From the NCBI GenBank assembly GCA_041483195.1, contig JBGPFC010000008.1, positions 1 through 64,000 on the forward strand: a DNA stretch of 64,000 nt. Reading direction: 5' to 3'. The notes beneath the pieces are model-generated. The model had not been told where the DNA came from. It was given only the letters and a program-made list of their open reading frames with translations, and searched no databases. Of this stretch, positions 47,157-58,300 are shown one piece after another. Every line of letters begins with the position of its first letter. Positions within the stretch are counted from its first letter, which is position 1. Source of the DNA: Candidatus Eiseniibacteriota bacterium. Its GTDB lineage: Bacteria; Eisenbacteria; RBG-16-71-46. The position numbers were made by a program, and so were the translations under genes.

Positions 47157-49448
47157 CTACCCCAGCGTGCGGGCCATCTCCTCGATGGTGAAGGCCTCGA
47201 TGACGTCTCCGGTCCGGATATCGTTCATGCCTTCGAGCGAGATTCCGCACTCGAATCCGGTCGCGACTTCGCGGACGTCGTCTTTGAAGCGCTTGAGCGT
47301 GCCGATCCGGCCGGTCCACACGACGTCGCCGTCGCGGCGCAGCCGGACCTTCGCGGTGCGCGGCATGTTGCCGGACATCACCATGCATCCCGCCACCATG
47401 CCGGCCTTCGAGAGCTTGAACAGCTGGCGCACTTCCGCGGTCCCGAGCACGACCTCCCTGAGCTCGGGCTTGAGCAGACCCTCGAGCGCCTGCTTCACGT
47501 CCTCGACCGCCTTGTAGATGATGTCGTAGAGACGGATCTCGACCTTCTCGCGCTCCGCGAGTTCGCGCGCGCGGCTGTCGGGCCGCGCATGGAATCCCAC
47601 GATGATCGCGCCGGACGCCGCGGCGAGGAGCACGTCGGACTCCGTGATCTGGCCCACCGCCTGCCGGATGATGTGGATCTGCACTTCCTCGTTGCTGAGC
47701 TTGGTGAGCGATTCGGAAAGCGCCTCGACCGAACCGTCGACGTCGCCCTTGATGACGAGCTTGAGCTCGTTGAGCTCGCCCTGCGTCATCTGCGCGTAGA
47801 CATCGGTGAGCGCGATCGCCTTGGCCGCGCGGAACTCGTGCTCGCGGTGCAGCGCCTGGCGCTTGGTCGCGATCTCGCGCGCCTCGCGCTCGTCCTCGAA
47901 CGCCGCGAAGATGTCGCCGGCGGCCGGCGTGCCGCTCCAGCCCAGCACCTCGACCGGGGTCGAAGGGCCGGCGTCGCGCACCTGGCGGCCGCGTTCGTCG
48001 AACATCGCCCGCACCCGGCCCGAATGCTGGCCGGCGACGAACGCGTCGCCGACGTGCAACGTGCCGTTCTGCACCAGCATGCTCGCGACCACGCCGCGCC
48101 CCTGCTCGACGCGCGCCTCGAGCACCACGCCCTTGGCGCGGCGGTCCGGATCGGCCTTGAGATCGAGCAGCTCCGCGGAGAGCAGGATCATCTCGAGCAG
48201 CCGCTCCAGGTTCGTGCCCTTCTTGGCCGAGATCTCGACGCACACGTACTTGCCGCCGAACTCCTCGACCACCACGCCGTGCGCCGCGAGCTCCTGTTTG
48301 ACCAGGTCGGGCCGCGCGGCGGGGAGATCGATCTTGTTGATCGCGACGACGATCGGCACGTTCGCGGCCTTGGCGTGATCGATGGCTTCGATCGTCTGCG
48401 GCATCACGCGATCGTCGGCGGCGACGACCAGCACGACGATGTCGGTGACCTGCGCCCCGCGTGCGCGCATCGCGGTAAACGCCTCGTGGCCGGGCGTGTC
48501 GAGGAAGCAGATCTTCTGGCCACCCGGCAACTCGACGTCGTACGCCCCGATATGCTGCGTGATGCCGCCCGCCTCTCCGGCGATGACGTTGGTCTTGCGG
48601 ATGTGGTCAAGCAGCGACGTCTTCCCGTGGTCGACGTGGCCCATGACCGTCACCACCGGGGCGCGCTTGGACAGGTGTTCTTCCGACGCCGTCTCCTCCG
48701 GCGTTTCCTCTTCGACCCCGCCGTACTCCGACTGGAACTCCACGCCGAACCCGAACTCGTCGGCCACCGTGAGGATCGAGTCCTTGTCGAGGCGCTTGTT
48801 GATGGTCGCCATCAGCCCGAGGCGCATGCAGGTCGCGATGACCTCCTGCGGCTTCACTTCCATCAGGTTCGCAAGCTCCGCGACGGTGATGAACTCGGTC
48901 GCGCGGATGACCTTGGCCTCCTCGGCGACGGCCTCCCCGTTCTCGTCCTCGCGCCGGCGATGGCGGCGCCGCGCGCTGCCCGCATCGAGGCTGGCGAGCG
49001 TCTTGCGCACGCTGTCGATCACGAGCTTCTCGTCGACGACCTTCTTCTTCTTCCGGTCCCTGCGCCGCATGCCCCGCGGCTCCGCGGAACGCGCCGGCGG
49101 CGGCGCGGGGCGCGAGGCCGAGGCGGTCGCAGCGGGCGCGGGCGCCGGGCGGGCGGCGGCGGCCGCGGCCTGGGCGGCGAGCGCGGCGGCCGCGGCGCGA
49201 GCGCGTTCCTCACGCGCGCGCTGCAGCTCCTGCTCGTGCTTGCGCGCCTGCTCCTCGCGGACCACCGTCTTTTCCTGGGCCATTTCGGCCTGGACCTTCT
49301 GGACGGTCTCCGGGAGCAGCGTGCTCATGTGATTCTTCACCTCGACGCCGAGGCGGCGCACGATCTGGAGCACGGCCTCGCTCGACATGCCCAGTTCCTT
49401 CGCCACCTCGTACACACGAGGCTTCTTCGATTCGGTGGCCCTAGGCAT
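47157..49448 (-). CDS. infB: Translation initiation factor IF-2
   Basis: [48 protein letters not shown]. Confidence 0.98.
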   Translation of the reverse strand: MPRATESKKPRVYEVAKELGMSSEAVLQIVRRLGVEVKNHMSTLLPETVQKVQAEMAQEKTVVREEQARKHEQELQRAREERARAAAAALAAQAAAAAARPAPAPAATASASRPAPPPARSAEPRGMRRRDRKKKKVVDEKLVIDSVRKTLASLDAGSARRRHRRREDENGEAVAEEAKVIRATEFITVAELANLMEVKPQEVIATCMRLGLMATINKRLDKDSILTVADEFGFGVEFQSEYGGVEEETPEETASEEHLSKRAPVVTVMGHVDHGKTSLLDHIRKTNVIAGEAGGITQHIGAYDVELPGGQKICFLDTPGHEAFTAMRARGAQVTDIVVLVVAADDRVMPQTIEAIDHAKAANVPIVVAINKIDLPAARPDLVKQELAAHGVVVEEFGGKYVCVEISAKKGTNLERLLEMILLSAELLDLKADPDRRAKGVVLEARVEQGRGVVASMLVQNGTLHVGDAFVAGQHSGRVRAMFDERGRQVRDAGPSTPVEVLGWSGTPAAGDIFAAFEDEREAREIATKRQALHREHEFRAAKAIALTDVYAQMTQGELNELKLVIKGDVDGSVEALSESLTKLSNEEVQIHIIRQAVGQITESDVLLAAASGAIIVGFHARPDSRARELAEREKVEIRLYDIIYKAVEDVKQALEGLLKPELREVVLGTAEVRQLFKLSKAGMVAGCMVMSGNMPRTAKVRLRRDGDVVWTGRIGTLKRFKDDVREVATGFECGISLEGMNDIRTGDVIEAFTIEEMARTLG

Positions 49449-50826
49449 TCGCCTCTCCATCGCTCGCCGCCGCGCTGCTCGCCGCCGGGGCGCCGGGCGC
49501 GTCCGCCGCCGGCCGCTCGGGCTCGGCGCCGGCTTCCATCTCCGGCGTGAACTCCATCTCGCCCGGCGCGTCGCTGGCGGGCGGGTGGGCGGCGACGTAC
49601 TCCTGGCCGACCGTCAGCAGCCGCTCGGCGGTCTTCTCGCCGATGCCCGGGATCTCGATCAGCTTCTCGAGCGGGGTCGCGAGCAGCTCCTGCACGGTCT
49701 CGATGCCGGCCGAGATCAGCTTCTCGGTGGTCGCCTCCCCGAGCTCGAGCTTCTCGACCTCGATGCGGCTGGCACGCTCGACGTCCTGGCGCTTCTTCTC
49801 GTCGCTCTTCGAGATCAGGTCGATCTTCCAGCCGGTGAGCCGCGCCGCGAGGCGCGCGTTCTGCCCGCCCTTGCCGATCGCGAGCGACAGCTGATCGTCG
49901 GCGACCACCAGCACCATGCGCTTGTCGGGTTCCGAGACGCGCACGTCCATGACGCGCGCCGGCGACAGCGCGCGCGACACGAACACCGCCGGATCCTGCG
50001 ACCACGGCACGATGTCGATGCGCTCGCCGCCAAGCTCGCGCACGATGCTCTGCACCCGCGAGCCCTTGAGCCCCACGCACGAGCCGACGGCGTCCACGCG
50101 CGGGTCGGTCGAGTACACCGAGATCTTCGAGCGGGATCCCGCCTCGCGCGCCACCGCCTTGATCTCGACGATGCTGTCTGCGATCTCGGGCACCTCGCCC
50201 TCGAACAGGCGGCGCAGGAAATCGGGATGGGTGCGCGAGAGGATGACCTGCGGACCCTTGACCGACTTGTCGACAGCGATCACAACGGCCCGGACGTAGT
50301 CCCCCTGGCGGTGGTACGACCGCGGAATCTGTTCGCGCGCGGGGAGGAAGCCCTCGGAGTGGTCGAGCTTCACGATCACGTTGCCGCGATCCACCTGCTG
50401 GACGACGCCGCGCACCAGCGTTCCGATCTTGTCGGAGTACTCGCGGAACACCCGCTCGCGCTCCGCCTCGCGCACGCGCTGGATCAGCACCTGCTTCGCG
50501 GTCTGCACGGCGTTGCGGCCGAATTCGGCGATCGCCAGCGGGAAGGTGAGCACCTCGCCGACCCGGACGTCGGACTTGTAGGCGCGCGCCTCTTCGACGG
50601 TCATCTGCACGGCGGAGTCCTCGACGGTCTCGACCACAACGCGCCGGATCGCGACGCTGATCGCGCCGGTCTCGTTCGCGAACTTGACCTCGACGTCCGC
50701 GGTGGGCCCGTACTTCTTCCGCACCGCGCTCGCGAGCCCGGCTTCGAGGGTCTCCACGAGCAGCGCCCGATCCACGCTCTTCTCGCGCGTGATCTGGCTC
50801 AGGGCGTCCAGGATTTCGTTGTTCAT
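49441..50826 (-). CDS. nusA: Transcription termination/antitermination factor NusA
   Basis: FGRNAVQTAKQV, LSRTHP, FEGEVPEI, AREAGSRSK, LAIGKGGQNARLA, C-terminal HhH. Confidence 0.98.
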   Translation of the reverse strand: MNNEILDALSQITREKSVDRALLVETLEAGLASAVRKKYGPTADVEVKFANETGAISVAIRRVVVETVEDSAVQMTVEEARAYKSDVRVGEVLTFPLAIAEFGRNAVQTAKQVLIQRVREAERERVFREYSDKIGTLVRGVVQQVDRGNVIVKLDHSEGFLPAREQIPRSYHRQGDYVRAVVIAVDKSVKGPQVILSRTHPDFLRRLFEGEVPEIADSIVEIKAVAREAGSRSKISVYSTDPRVDAVGSCVGLKGSRVQSIVRELGGERIDIVPWSQDPAVFVSRALSPARVMDVRVSEPDKRMVLVVADDQLSLAIGKGGQNARLAARLTGWKIDLISKSDEKKRQDVERASRIEVEKLELGEATTEKLISAGIETVQELLATPLEKLIEIPGIGEKTAERLLTVGQEYVAAHPPASDAPGEMEFTPEMEAGAEPERPAADAPGAPAASSAAASDGEANA

Positions 50827-51311
50827 CGAGCTCTCCCCCGCGAGCGCACGGCGCTCCACGGATCCACGACCAGGCGTGCCGACTTGACCTCGGCCCACTC
50901 GAACCACGTCACGATGCCGTCTTCCATCCGGATTCCGGCGCGACTGTCGTCGGGCGCGAGCAATTCGCCTTCGAAATTGCGCCGCCCGCCGCGCGCCTCG
51001 CGCAGCTCCACCGCCGCACGCTGTCCAGCAAACCGTGCGATCGCATCGAGCGTCCGCAACGGCCGATCCATACCGGGAGAGCTGACCTCCAGATCGTAGC
51101 TCCCCGGCATGGTCTGGTTCATTTCCAGACAATCCGACAGCCGCCGGCTGAACGCCGCGCAGTCGCCGACCGTAACCCCTCCGGGCTTATCGAGCAGCAC
51201 CCGGATGACCCGGCGCGAACCGCGGACGGCGAACTCGACGTCGACGAGCTCGATCCCCGACTCTTCGGCCAGCGGTCCCGCCAGCTGGCGAACCTCTTCT
51301 CGGACTTCCAA
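50823..51311 (-). CDS. rimP: Ribosome maturation factor RimP
   Basis: ELVDVE, DKPGGVTVGDC, YDLEVSSPGMDRPL; TTG start. Confidence 0.95.
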   Translation of the reverse strand: MEVREEVRQLAGPLAEESGIELVDVEFAVRGSRRVIRVLLDKPGGVTVGDCAAFSRRLSDCLEMNQTMPGSYDLEVSSPGMDRPLRTLDAIARFAGQRAAVELREARGGRRNFEGELLAPDDSRAGIRMEDGIVTWFEWAEVKSARLVVDPWSAVRSRGRAR

Positions 51312-51329
51312 TTTCGCTCCCGCACCGAC

Positions 51330-51361
51330 AAAAAACGGAGTGGTCGCGCCAGCCCCACTCC
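51330..51361 (-). terminator. rimP leader hairpin/attenuator (GGAGTGG...CCACTCC + U6)
   Basis: 7-bp stem followed by TTTTTT just upstream of rimP; resembles the widespread rimP-leader terminator. Confidence 0.7.
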
Positions 51362-51369
51362 TGGCGGCC

Positions 51370-51399
51370 AGAGTACATGAATCTGGCCAGGAACGGCAA
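51370..51399 (-). promoter_or_regulatory. Putative rimP operon promoter TTGCCG-N18-TACTCT
   Basis: Motif immediately upstream of the leader hairpin. Confidence 0.55.
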
Positions 51400-51428
51400 G
51401 TGCCAACCCCCCTGGGCCGGGGAGGCCC

Positions 51429-52340
51429 CTAGCGGCGCGCCAGCGCGCTACGGTAGACGAGCCAGATCGCCACCCGGGACACTTCGGCGAGGCTCGCCGC
51501 CGAGGTCTGGTCGGGCAGATCCAGGTGCGTGTGCCAGGCGGGGTAATCGAAGTCGATGATGTCGACGGCGGGCAGCCCGCGCTCCAGCAGCGGGATATGG
51601 TCGTCGGTCAGCGCGTGCCGGGGCTCCGCATGGAAGTCGTGCGCGGCCGTCGCGCGTGCCCCTTCCAGCACCAGTGCCACCAGATTCGACGCGCGCTCGG
51701 CCGACTGCACCTCGGGGTAGATGGCCAGGTCGCGGTCCCCGACCATGTCGAACAGGAACGCGGCGAGCGGCCGGCCGGCGGCGCCGGCTGCTGGGAGCCG
51801 GGCCGCGTAGCCGCGCGCGCCGAGGCAGAATGCCTGCGGCTTCGTCGCCTCGCCCTGATCCTCGCCATCGAAGAACACCAGGTCGACGCCCCGCGCGGGT
51901 GGACGAAGGTGCATCGCCTCCGCGACCTCGAGGAGAACGGCGACGCCCGATCCGCCGTCGTTCGCTCCGGGCAGCGGGTCACGCCGATGCCCGGGGTCCG
52001 GATCCTGATCGCACCACGGCCGCGTGTCGTAGTGCGCGCACAGCGCGACGCGTCGACCGGCATCGGGTCCGAAGCGCGCGATGAGATTGCAGAGCTCGAT
52101 CGGCCGTCCGAGCGTCGAGTCGATGAACGCCTGCCGCTCGATCCGCCCGCCGAGGCGCTGAAGCTCGCCCACCAGCCATTCGACGGCGGCCGCGTGCCCC
52201 GCGCTTCCCGGAACGCGCGGCCCCATCTCGACCTGGTGCACGATCCGGCCCTGCGCTCGCGCGCCGTCCGCGACGATGGGGGCCGAGCACGAGCCGAGCG
52301 TGAGCGGGATCAGCGTGAGGCACAGCAGGATCGATCTCAT
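51429..52340 (-). CDS. M28-family lipoprotein, glutaminyl-peptide cyclotransferase (type II QC)-like
   Basis: Lipobox LGSC; GPRVPGS, CAHYDTRP, GANDGGSG, FFDGED, CLG, DMVG, DDHIP, WHT..D. Confidence 0.75.
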   Translation of the reverse strand: MRSILLCLTLIPLTLGSCSAPIVADGARAQGRIVHQVEMGPRVPGSAGHAAAVEWLVGELQRLGGRIERQAFIDSTLGRPIELCNLIARFGPDAGRRVALCAHYDTRPWCDQDPDPGHRRDPLPGANDGGSGVAVLLEVAEAMHLRPPARGVDLVFFDGEDQGEATKPQAFCLGARGYAARLPAAGAAGRPLAAFLFDMVGDRDLAIYPEVQSAERASNLVALVLEGARATAAHDFHAEPRHALTDDHIPLLERGLPAVDIIDFDYPAWHTHLDLPDQTSAASLAEVSRVAIWLVYRSALARR

Positions 52341-52346
52341 GGGACC

Positions 52347-55300
52347 TCAGAAGCTGAAGGAAGCGCGGAATTCGACGCGCACGTTGCGCGAGGTGATCTG
52401 CCGCTGGAGATCGCGATTCTGTCCGAAGCCCAGCACCAGCCCGCCGGTGACGCTGTTGCTGAAGGAGTAGTCGCCGCGGCCGTTCAAGGAGAGCCGGTCC
52501 TGGTCGATCGGAAGCTGCGCGCGCCTCGATCCGACGGTCACCGTCTCGCCGCTGGTTCGCGAGTACACGCCGGTGAGCCCGAGCGACACCGCGCTCTTCA
52601 CGGTTTTTTCCCGGCCCAGGATCTTGACCTTCTGCCCTCGCGAGTAGGAGCGGCTCAGGCTCAGGTTCACGTCGGTGTTGCGGTCGGTGCGCGTCGAGCG
52701 AAAGAACTGGAAGTTGTCTCGCACCGTGACTCTGCGCTCGATCTTGAGCTCGGCGCGCGTGGCGTTCTTGAAATCGCCAGAGAGGCTGAGCAGCGGCTGC
52801 CACTGGCTGCTGGTCGAGACGCTGGTGGGGGTCTGGTCGCCGGTTCGATAATCGGTGAGGGTCGAGCGGCTGAACGCGGTCCTGATCCGCGGGCTGGCCA
52901 GCACGCGGTCGATGCGAAGCAGGTTGGGAATCCGACCGTATTCGAAATCCAGGTCCGGGAAGCGCGACGTCACCGAGCGCGTGGAAACGCCATTCATCTG
53001 AGTGCGGCGCGTCGTGTACTCGCCGCGAGTCATCACCGTCGCGTCGAGCACGAGACCAAGGCGGGTCCGCGCCGAGGCGCGCCAGTCCATCGAACGGTTC
53101 GAGCTGTTGCCGAACTGGGCATGCATGCCGCTGCCGGACCCGGTCGAGAGGCCGGGGTCGTCCGAGAGTCCCGCGAGATAGCCGACGCTGGGGATCCCGG
53201 TCAGTCGCGAGTAGCCGCTCGACTTGTTGTACGCGGCCTCGGTGCTGATCGCGCCCAGCCGCGCGAGCATGCTCCGCCAGGAGATCGCCGGCGCGCGGGG
53301 CACCTTCCGCGAGGTGTCACCGAGCGCCGGCCGCCCCGCGCGCGCTCCGCCGAACCGGTCGAAGGGAACCGCCCAGGTTCCCGAGATCGACTGGTTGTTT
53401 CCGATCGAGCGCACGCTCAGGTCGGGCGACAGCTCGGGGCGATTGTCCTGCGAGTAGTTCGATCCCCAGCCGAACGACGGACTGAGCCATGGACCCTTGT
53501 TCACGACGTAACGCGCGTCCATGTTCTGCCGCCAGGTCACGACGCGGCCGAAGTTGATGGGCCCGATCTTCTCGCGCAGCGCCGGCGCGAGCATGAGATT
53601 GCGCAGTGCCTCGAAGTGATGGTGGAGGAACTCGAAGGGGCGGGTGTCCGCGCCGAAGTTGACGGAGGCCGCGCGCCCTGCGACGGAATTTCGCAGCAGG
53701 AGACCGCCGTCGCGGGTCCGGTCGAACGCGCGACTCTGGCTGCTGGAGACGGCGTAGTTCCAGTAGAAACGCTCGGGCAGTGGATAGAATCGGGCCTTGG
53801 TGAGCGGCAGCGGGATCGCGAGCAGGCTCCGGGGCGCGATCCCGTAGTTCACAGCAGACGACTTCGACGTCGAGGTTCCCACCGAGGTGGGATTGCGGCT
53901 GTCGGTCTGCGACCGGCTATGGCTGACGGTGACGCCGCCCAGGGTGTAACGCAGGATGGGATTCGCGCGATCGCTCCACTGCCGGCGATAGCTGGTCGCG
54001 AGGCTGCGCGTCTCTCCGCGGGTCTCGCTCGCGGCCTCGAATGCCCCGGTGCGCAGGATGTCGTCGCCCGCGTTGAAGCGCGGCTTCGATGAGCTGCGCG
54101 CGTAGTTGAGCGCGAGCGGCAGCACGATGCCGGTGGCCTCGAAGAACCGGTGAAGGTCGATGCTGGTCCCCATGTTGAGCTGGTCGGAGGAGCTGCCGCT
54201 GCCGCGGCTCTCTCCCACGCTCTGGAAATTGGCATCGCGCGCGTTCCACGACAGGTTGTAGCTGGCCAGGTTGGCGAGGCGGCCGTTCACCTGCATGCGC
54301 TTCGCGTAGCCCGCGTCCTTCGCGACATCCGTCGCCCGCAGCTCGTCGAACAGCACGCGGCCTCCCGGCATGACGTGGAGCGGGCTCCGGTTCGCGTTGA
54401 TGATCCCGAACGAAACGCGGCGCAGGCGTGTGAACGAAGGGCGCCCCTTGATGATGATCGAGTCGTTCCCGGCGGGACCGGGCACGCGATACATCGGGTC
54501 GGTCGTCGGGAAGCCGAGCTTGAGGTTCGAGAGATCGGTGAGCTTGAGTCGCACCTCCTGCCACGGAATGCGGGTCGAATCGGGATCGATCGGCAGCCGG
54601 GCCTTGTACTCGTAGTAGTTGCGACCCAGCTCGTCCGACGCGAAGCGCACGAAGTACTGGATGTTCTCCAGCGAGTCCGCGAGCGCCGCATAGTCTTCGA
54701 AGCGCGAGCCCCCGATCCAGAAATTGAGCGAGCCGTAGCGGCTGTAGTTCTCGTCGATCGAAAACGTCTTGAAGACCTCGAGCGTGTCGTCGGGGGCCAG
54801 CTGGGTGAACTCCAGGCCCAGCGACTGTTCGCGCCGGCTGAGCGGCAGGCCGCCGCTGCGATCGGTGCCGGGATCGAAGGGCGCCGTGTATTCGTCAGCG
54901 TTGTCCACGTTGTTCAGCGAGTTGAGCGTCAGCGTGGTTTCGAACTGCTCCTGGTCGGGCGTGAGCGGTGTGCCCTGCCAGCGGCTGCCGACGATCTCGA
55001 GACCGCCCAGCATGAGCAGCGGGCGGGCCGCGGGATCGGGATCCACCAGCGAGTCCACCCACACCCGCACGTGGCGCGCGAGGGTGAGATCGGGGGCGCC
55101 GAACTTGACTCGCAACGCGTCGTTGATCGGGATCCGGTAGCGCCGCCACCCGTTGTCGGCCCGCACCGGATTGCGCGGGGGCGGGGACACGAAGTCGCGC
55201 CTCACGTCGGTCTCGAGATAGGTGTCGCACGTGTCGCACAGGTCCACGGAGTACTCGAAGTAATCCTCGGCGGTGTCGATGTTGTTGTTGAGGTTGAGGT

Positions 55301-58300
55301 CCTCGGTGTCGGGAACCGGATTCAGCGTGTGATTGTTCTCGGTGCCGTTCGCGAAGCGGAACCGCGCCGGATCCATGTCCTCGGGCGGACCTTCGGGGAC
55401 CGCGCGAAAATCATCGCCTTCGGGATCGGAGGACCCCGCGGTGCTCAGATCCCGGATCGGGACGCCCTTCGCGATCTCCTCGCTGTCGAGCTTGCCATCG
55501 AGCCCGGTGTCCTCGTCGTTGCGGTCCGTCACCGTCAGCTGGTGGTCGGGCGGCGAACCCTGGTCTTCGGTCTCGAGCCGGCCGTCGGGCAGCACGTCGG
55601 GCGAAGGCATCTGGTCTTCGCTCACCACGCCCAGGTCGATGTGGAGCTTCACGTGCCGGTTGCGCACGCGGGTGAGGTCGTCGAAATCGTTGACCCAGAG
55701 CTCGATGAACTGGGAGCGCGACAGATCCAGGCCGACCTGGTCGAGCGGAAAGGTGAGCCCGGCCCACAGGAAGTCCGTCGACTGGGACGTGAGCGGCCGC
55801 CGCGGAATGGACAACGCGAGCACCTGATGCGCGGTCTGAGCGCCCTGGGCGTCCGAGAGATTGGGCTTGAGGTCGCGTTCCTTGATCGCGGCCGGGGGCG
55901 AGAACCAGTGGATCTCGGCCTTCCGGCGGCGCGGCACGAGCAGGGTGTCGGTGAGCGGAATCTCGAACCCGCCGCTCTTGAGGCTCGGCACGCTCGACAA
56001 TTCCCAGCGCTCCGGGCTCATCGAGACCGTGACGGCGTCGCGCACGCCTTCCATGTCGTCGATGTAGACCACGTTGCGCGTGTTGGGATTGGGGTACGAA
56101 GCGCCCATCTCCGCCTGCACGCTCAGATCGGAGGGCGCCGTCGTTCGCACGCCCGGCAGCCGGTCCACCAGCCGCGTCACCCACTCGGGATGAAAACCCC
56201 AGGCGGTGTTGAGATCGCCGATCAGGCTGCGCGACGGCTCCTCGCCGAGCCGCGGCCGCAGGTCCTGCGCGCCCTTGCTCTCGTACATGAACGCGCCGCC
56301 GAAGCTCTTGTCCCGGCCCTCGAGCCGGAACGCGTTCCCGACCAGCGTGCGCCCCGCCTGCTGGAAGAGCGGGGCGTACGAGTAGTCGATGTTGAGCTGG
56401 TCGGCCGGACCGAGCTGTCGCTTCAGGACGACGCGACCCAGGTCGTAGTCGATGGTGTAGTCGCGATCCCGGACCAGCGCCTGGCCGTTGATCGTCACGA
56501 CGTCCGAGCCCTCGATCAGGGTGCCGCGGCCCAGGTTGATCTCGCCCTGCGCGCGCGCCGCCGTGAACTCCGCGTCGATGTAGTAGCGGGTATCGAGCGA
56601 GCGCTGCAGGTAATACTGATCGTAGATCGCGGCGTTCGCCCCGTTCGAGCTGTCCGGCGGCCCCACCAGCGAGTCCCGACGGTTCAGCGCGTTGCTGACG
56701 AACTGGTCGAACGGATACCGCGGGTGAACACGGCCGTCGGTCCCCAGGAAATTGTGCCCCACGCGCGGGGCGAACGGGCGGAGATCGAAGAAGAACAGCG
56801 TCCCGTTCTCGAAGTCCACGAACAGCTGCCGGCTGTCGGTGGTGGCCGCGGCGCCGTCCACCTTGCCGTCGTGCCCGGGATCGAGCGTCCCGCGCGTCTG
56901 GTCGAAATTATCGAGACCCAGCACCTCGATGTACGGCACCGCGCTGTCGCCGCGCGAGCGGATGAACGTCACCGGCGGGTCGTCGACGCCCTTGCGGATG
57001 GTGAGCGTGAAGCTGGCCGGGTCGATCCGCTGGCCGGCCAGCTGGTAGAAATTGTGAAGCTCGAGATCGCGGGTCGAGACGAAGACGTTCGTGGTGTCGA
57101 AGTTCCCGGAGTCGTCGGGCCGGATGACGCTGGCGGGCGCACGCAGCAGCTTCATGAAGCGGCGCTGGGCTCCGTCCGCCTCCACCGAGTCCTGTCCTCC
57201 GACCGGAAACTCCGGGCCGGGCGTGCCGCCGGGCCCGATGCGCCGCGCGTTGTAGGTGATGGCCAGACGCTGCTCGCCGGTCACGGCGCGGTGCATGCGG
57301 ATGATCTTGTAGAACGGGTTGTAGACGTTGTCGAGAATCTCGTAGTCCTGATCGGCGCCGGGATGGAGCGGCGCAAAGACGCCGCGCACCGAGGTCGAGT
57401 CGTTGCAGCCCGGGCAGGTGAGACCGAGATCGACGAAGGCCCGCCCCGCGACCGAGTTCTGGTCGTTGCTGTAGTTGTAGTCGTCGAGGTAGAGCTGCAC
57501 GCTGGTGTTCGGGATGTCGAGCAGATCGAGGTTGGGATCGTAGAGAAAGAAGTAGACGCCCTTCATGTAGTCGAGGTCGGCGAGCGTCTGGGTCTGCCGG
57601 GACGCTCCCCCCGAGTACGCCGCGCGCTCGCTCTTCCCCTCCTGCTTGCTGGCGAGCACCGTGAAGTCGAGCGGCCCGAGACGCATCGCGGTCTTCACCC
57701 CGAACAATCCCTCGTTCTTGCCGCTGTAGGAGACGTATTGCGTGCCCGGCAGCGAGAGGTTCGTGTTCCCGAGGTCGAGCGCCTGCACGACGTCGTCCTC
57801 GTCGCCCTTGTAATTGATCGCGATGCGGTTCGCGAGCGGGATCTGAATGCCCGAATTCTGAAGCAGGTTGACGCGAATGCGGTCGGAGAGCTGGCCCTCG
57901 AGCTGAATGTTGAGGTCCTGCTGCATGTCGAGCGATGGGAACAGCGATGGCTTGCGCCCGAGCGGACCGAGCTGCTGGTTCGTCCAGTTGCTCTGCCCGG
58001 AGAGCCGGATGTTCTCCGATCCCGACACGTTGAGCGCGGGGCCCCCGGGGCCCAGCAGGCTCTGCACCTTTCGCGGGAGCGGCGAGGGGAGCTTGAACGA
58101 GAGCCCCCCCGGCGCGGCGGAGGCGGCCGCGGTGGGCGCCAGGCTCGAGGTGCGGATCGCCAGAGCGGAGCGTTCCAGCCATTGTCGCTGGAAGCTGCGC
58201 TGGGTGAGATCGGCGCTGTAGAACTGCAGCGGCTCGCGCATCCCGTCTCCGATCCGCGCCGAGCCCACCTCGGAGAACGCGTTCACCGTCCCAGAGTCGG

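Noticed and set aside
49080..49210. Low-complexity GCG/GCC repeats
   Set aside because: They encode the Ala/Pro linker of IF-2 and are not a DNA repeat element.
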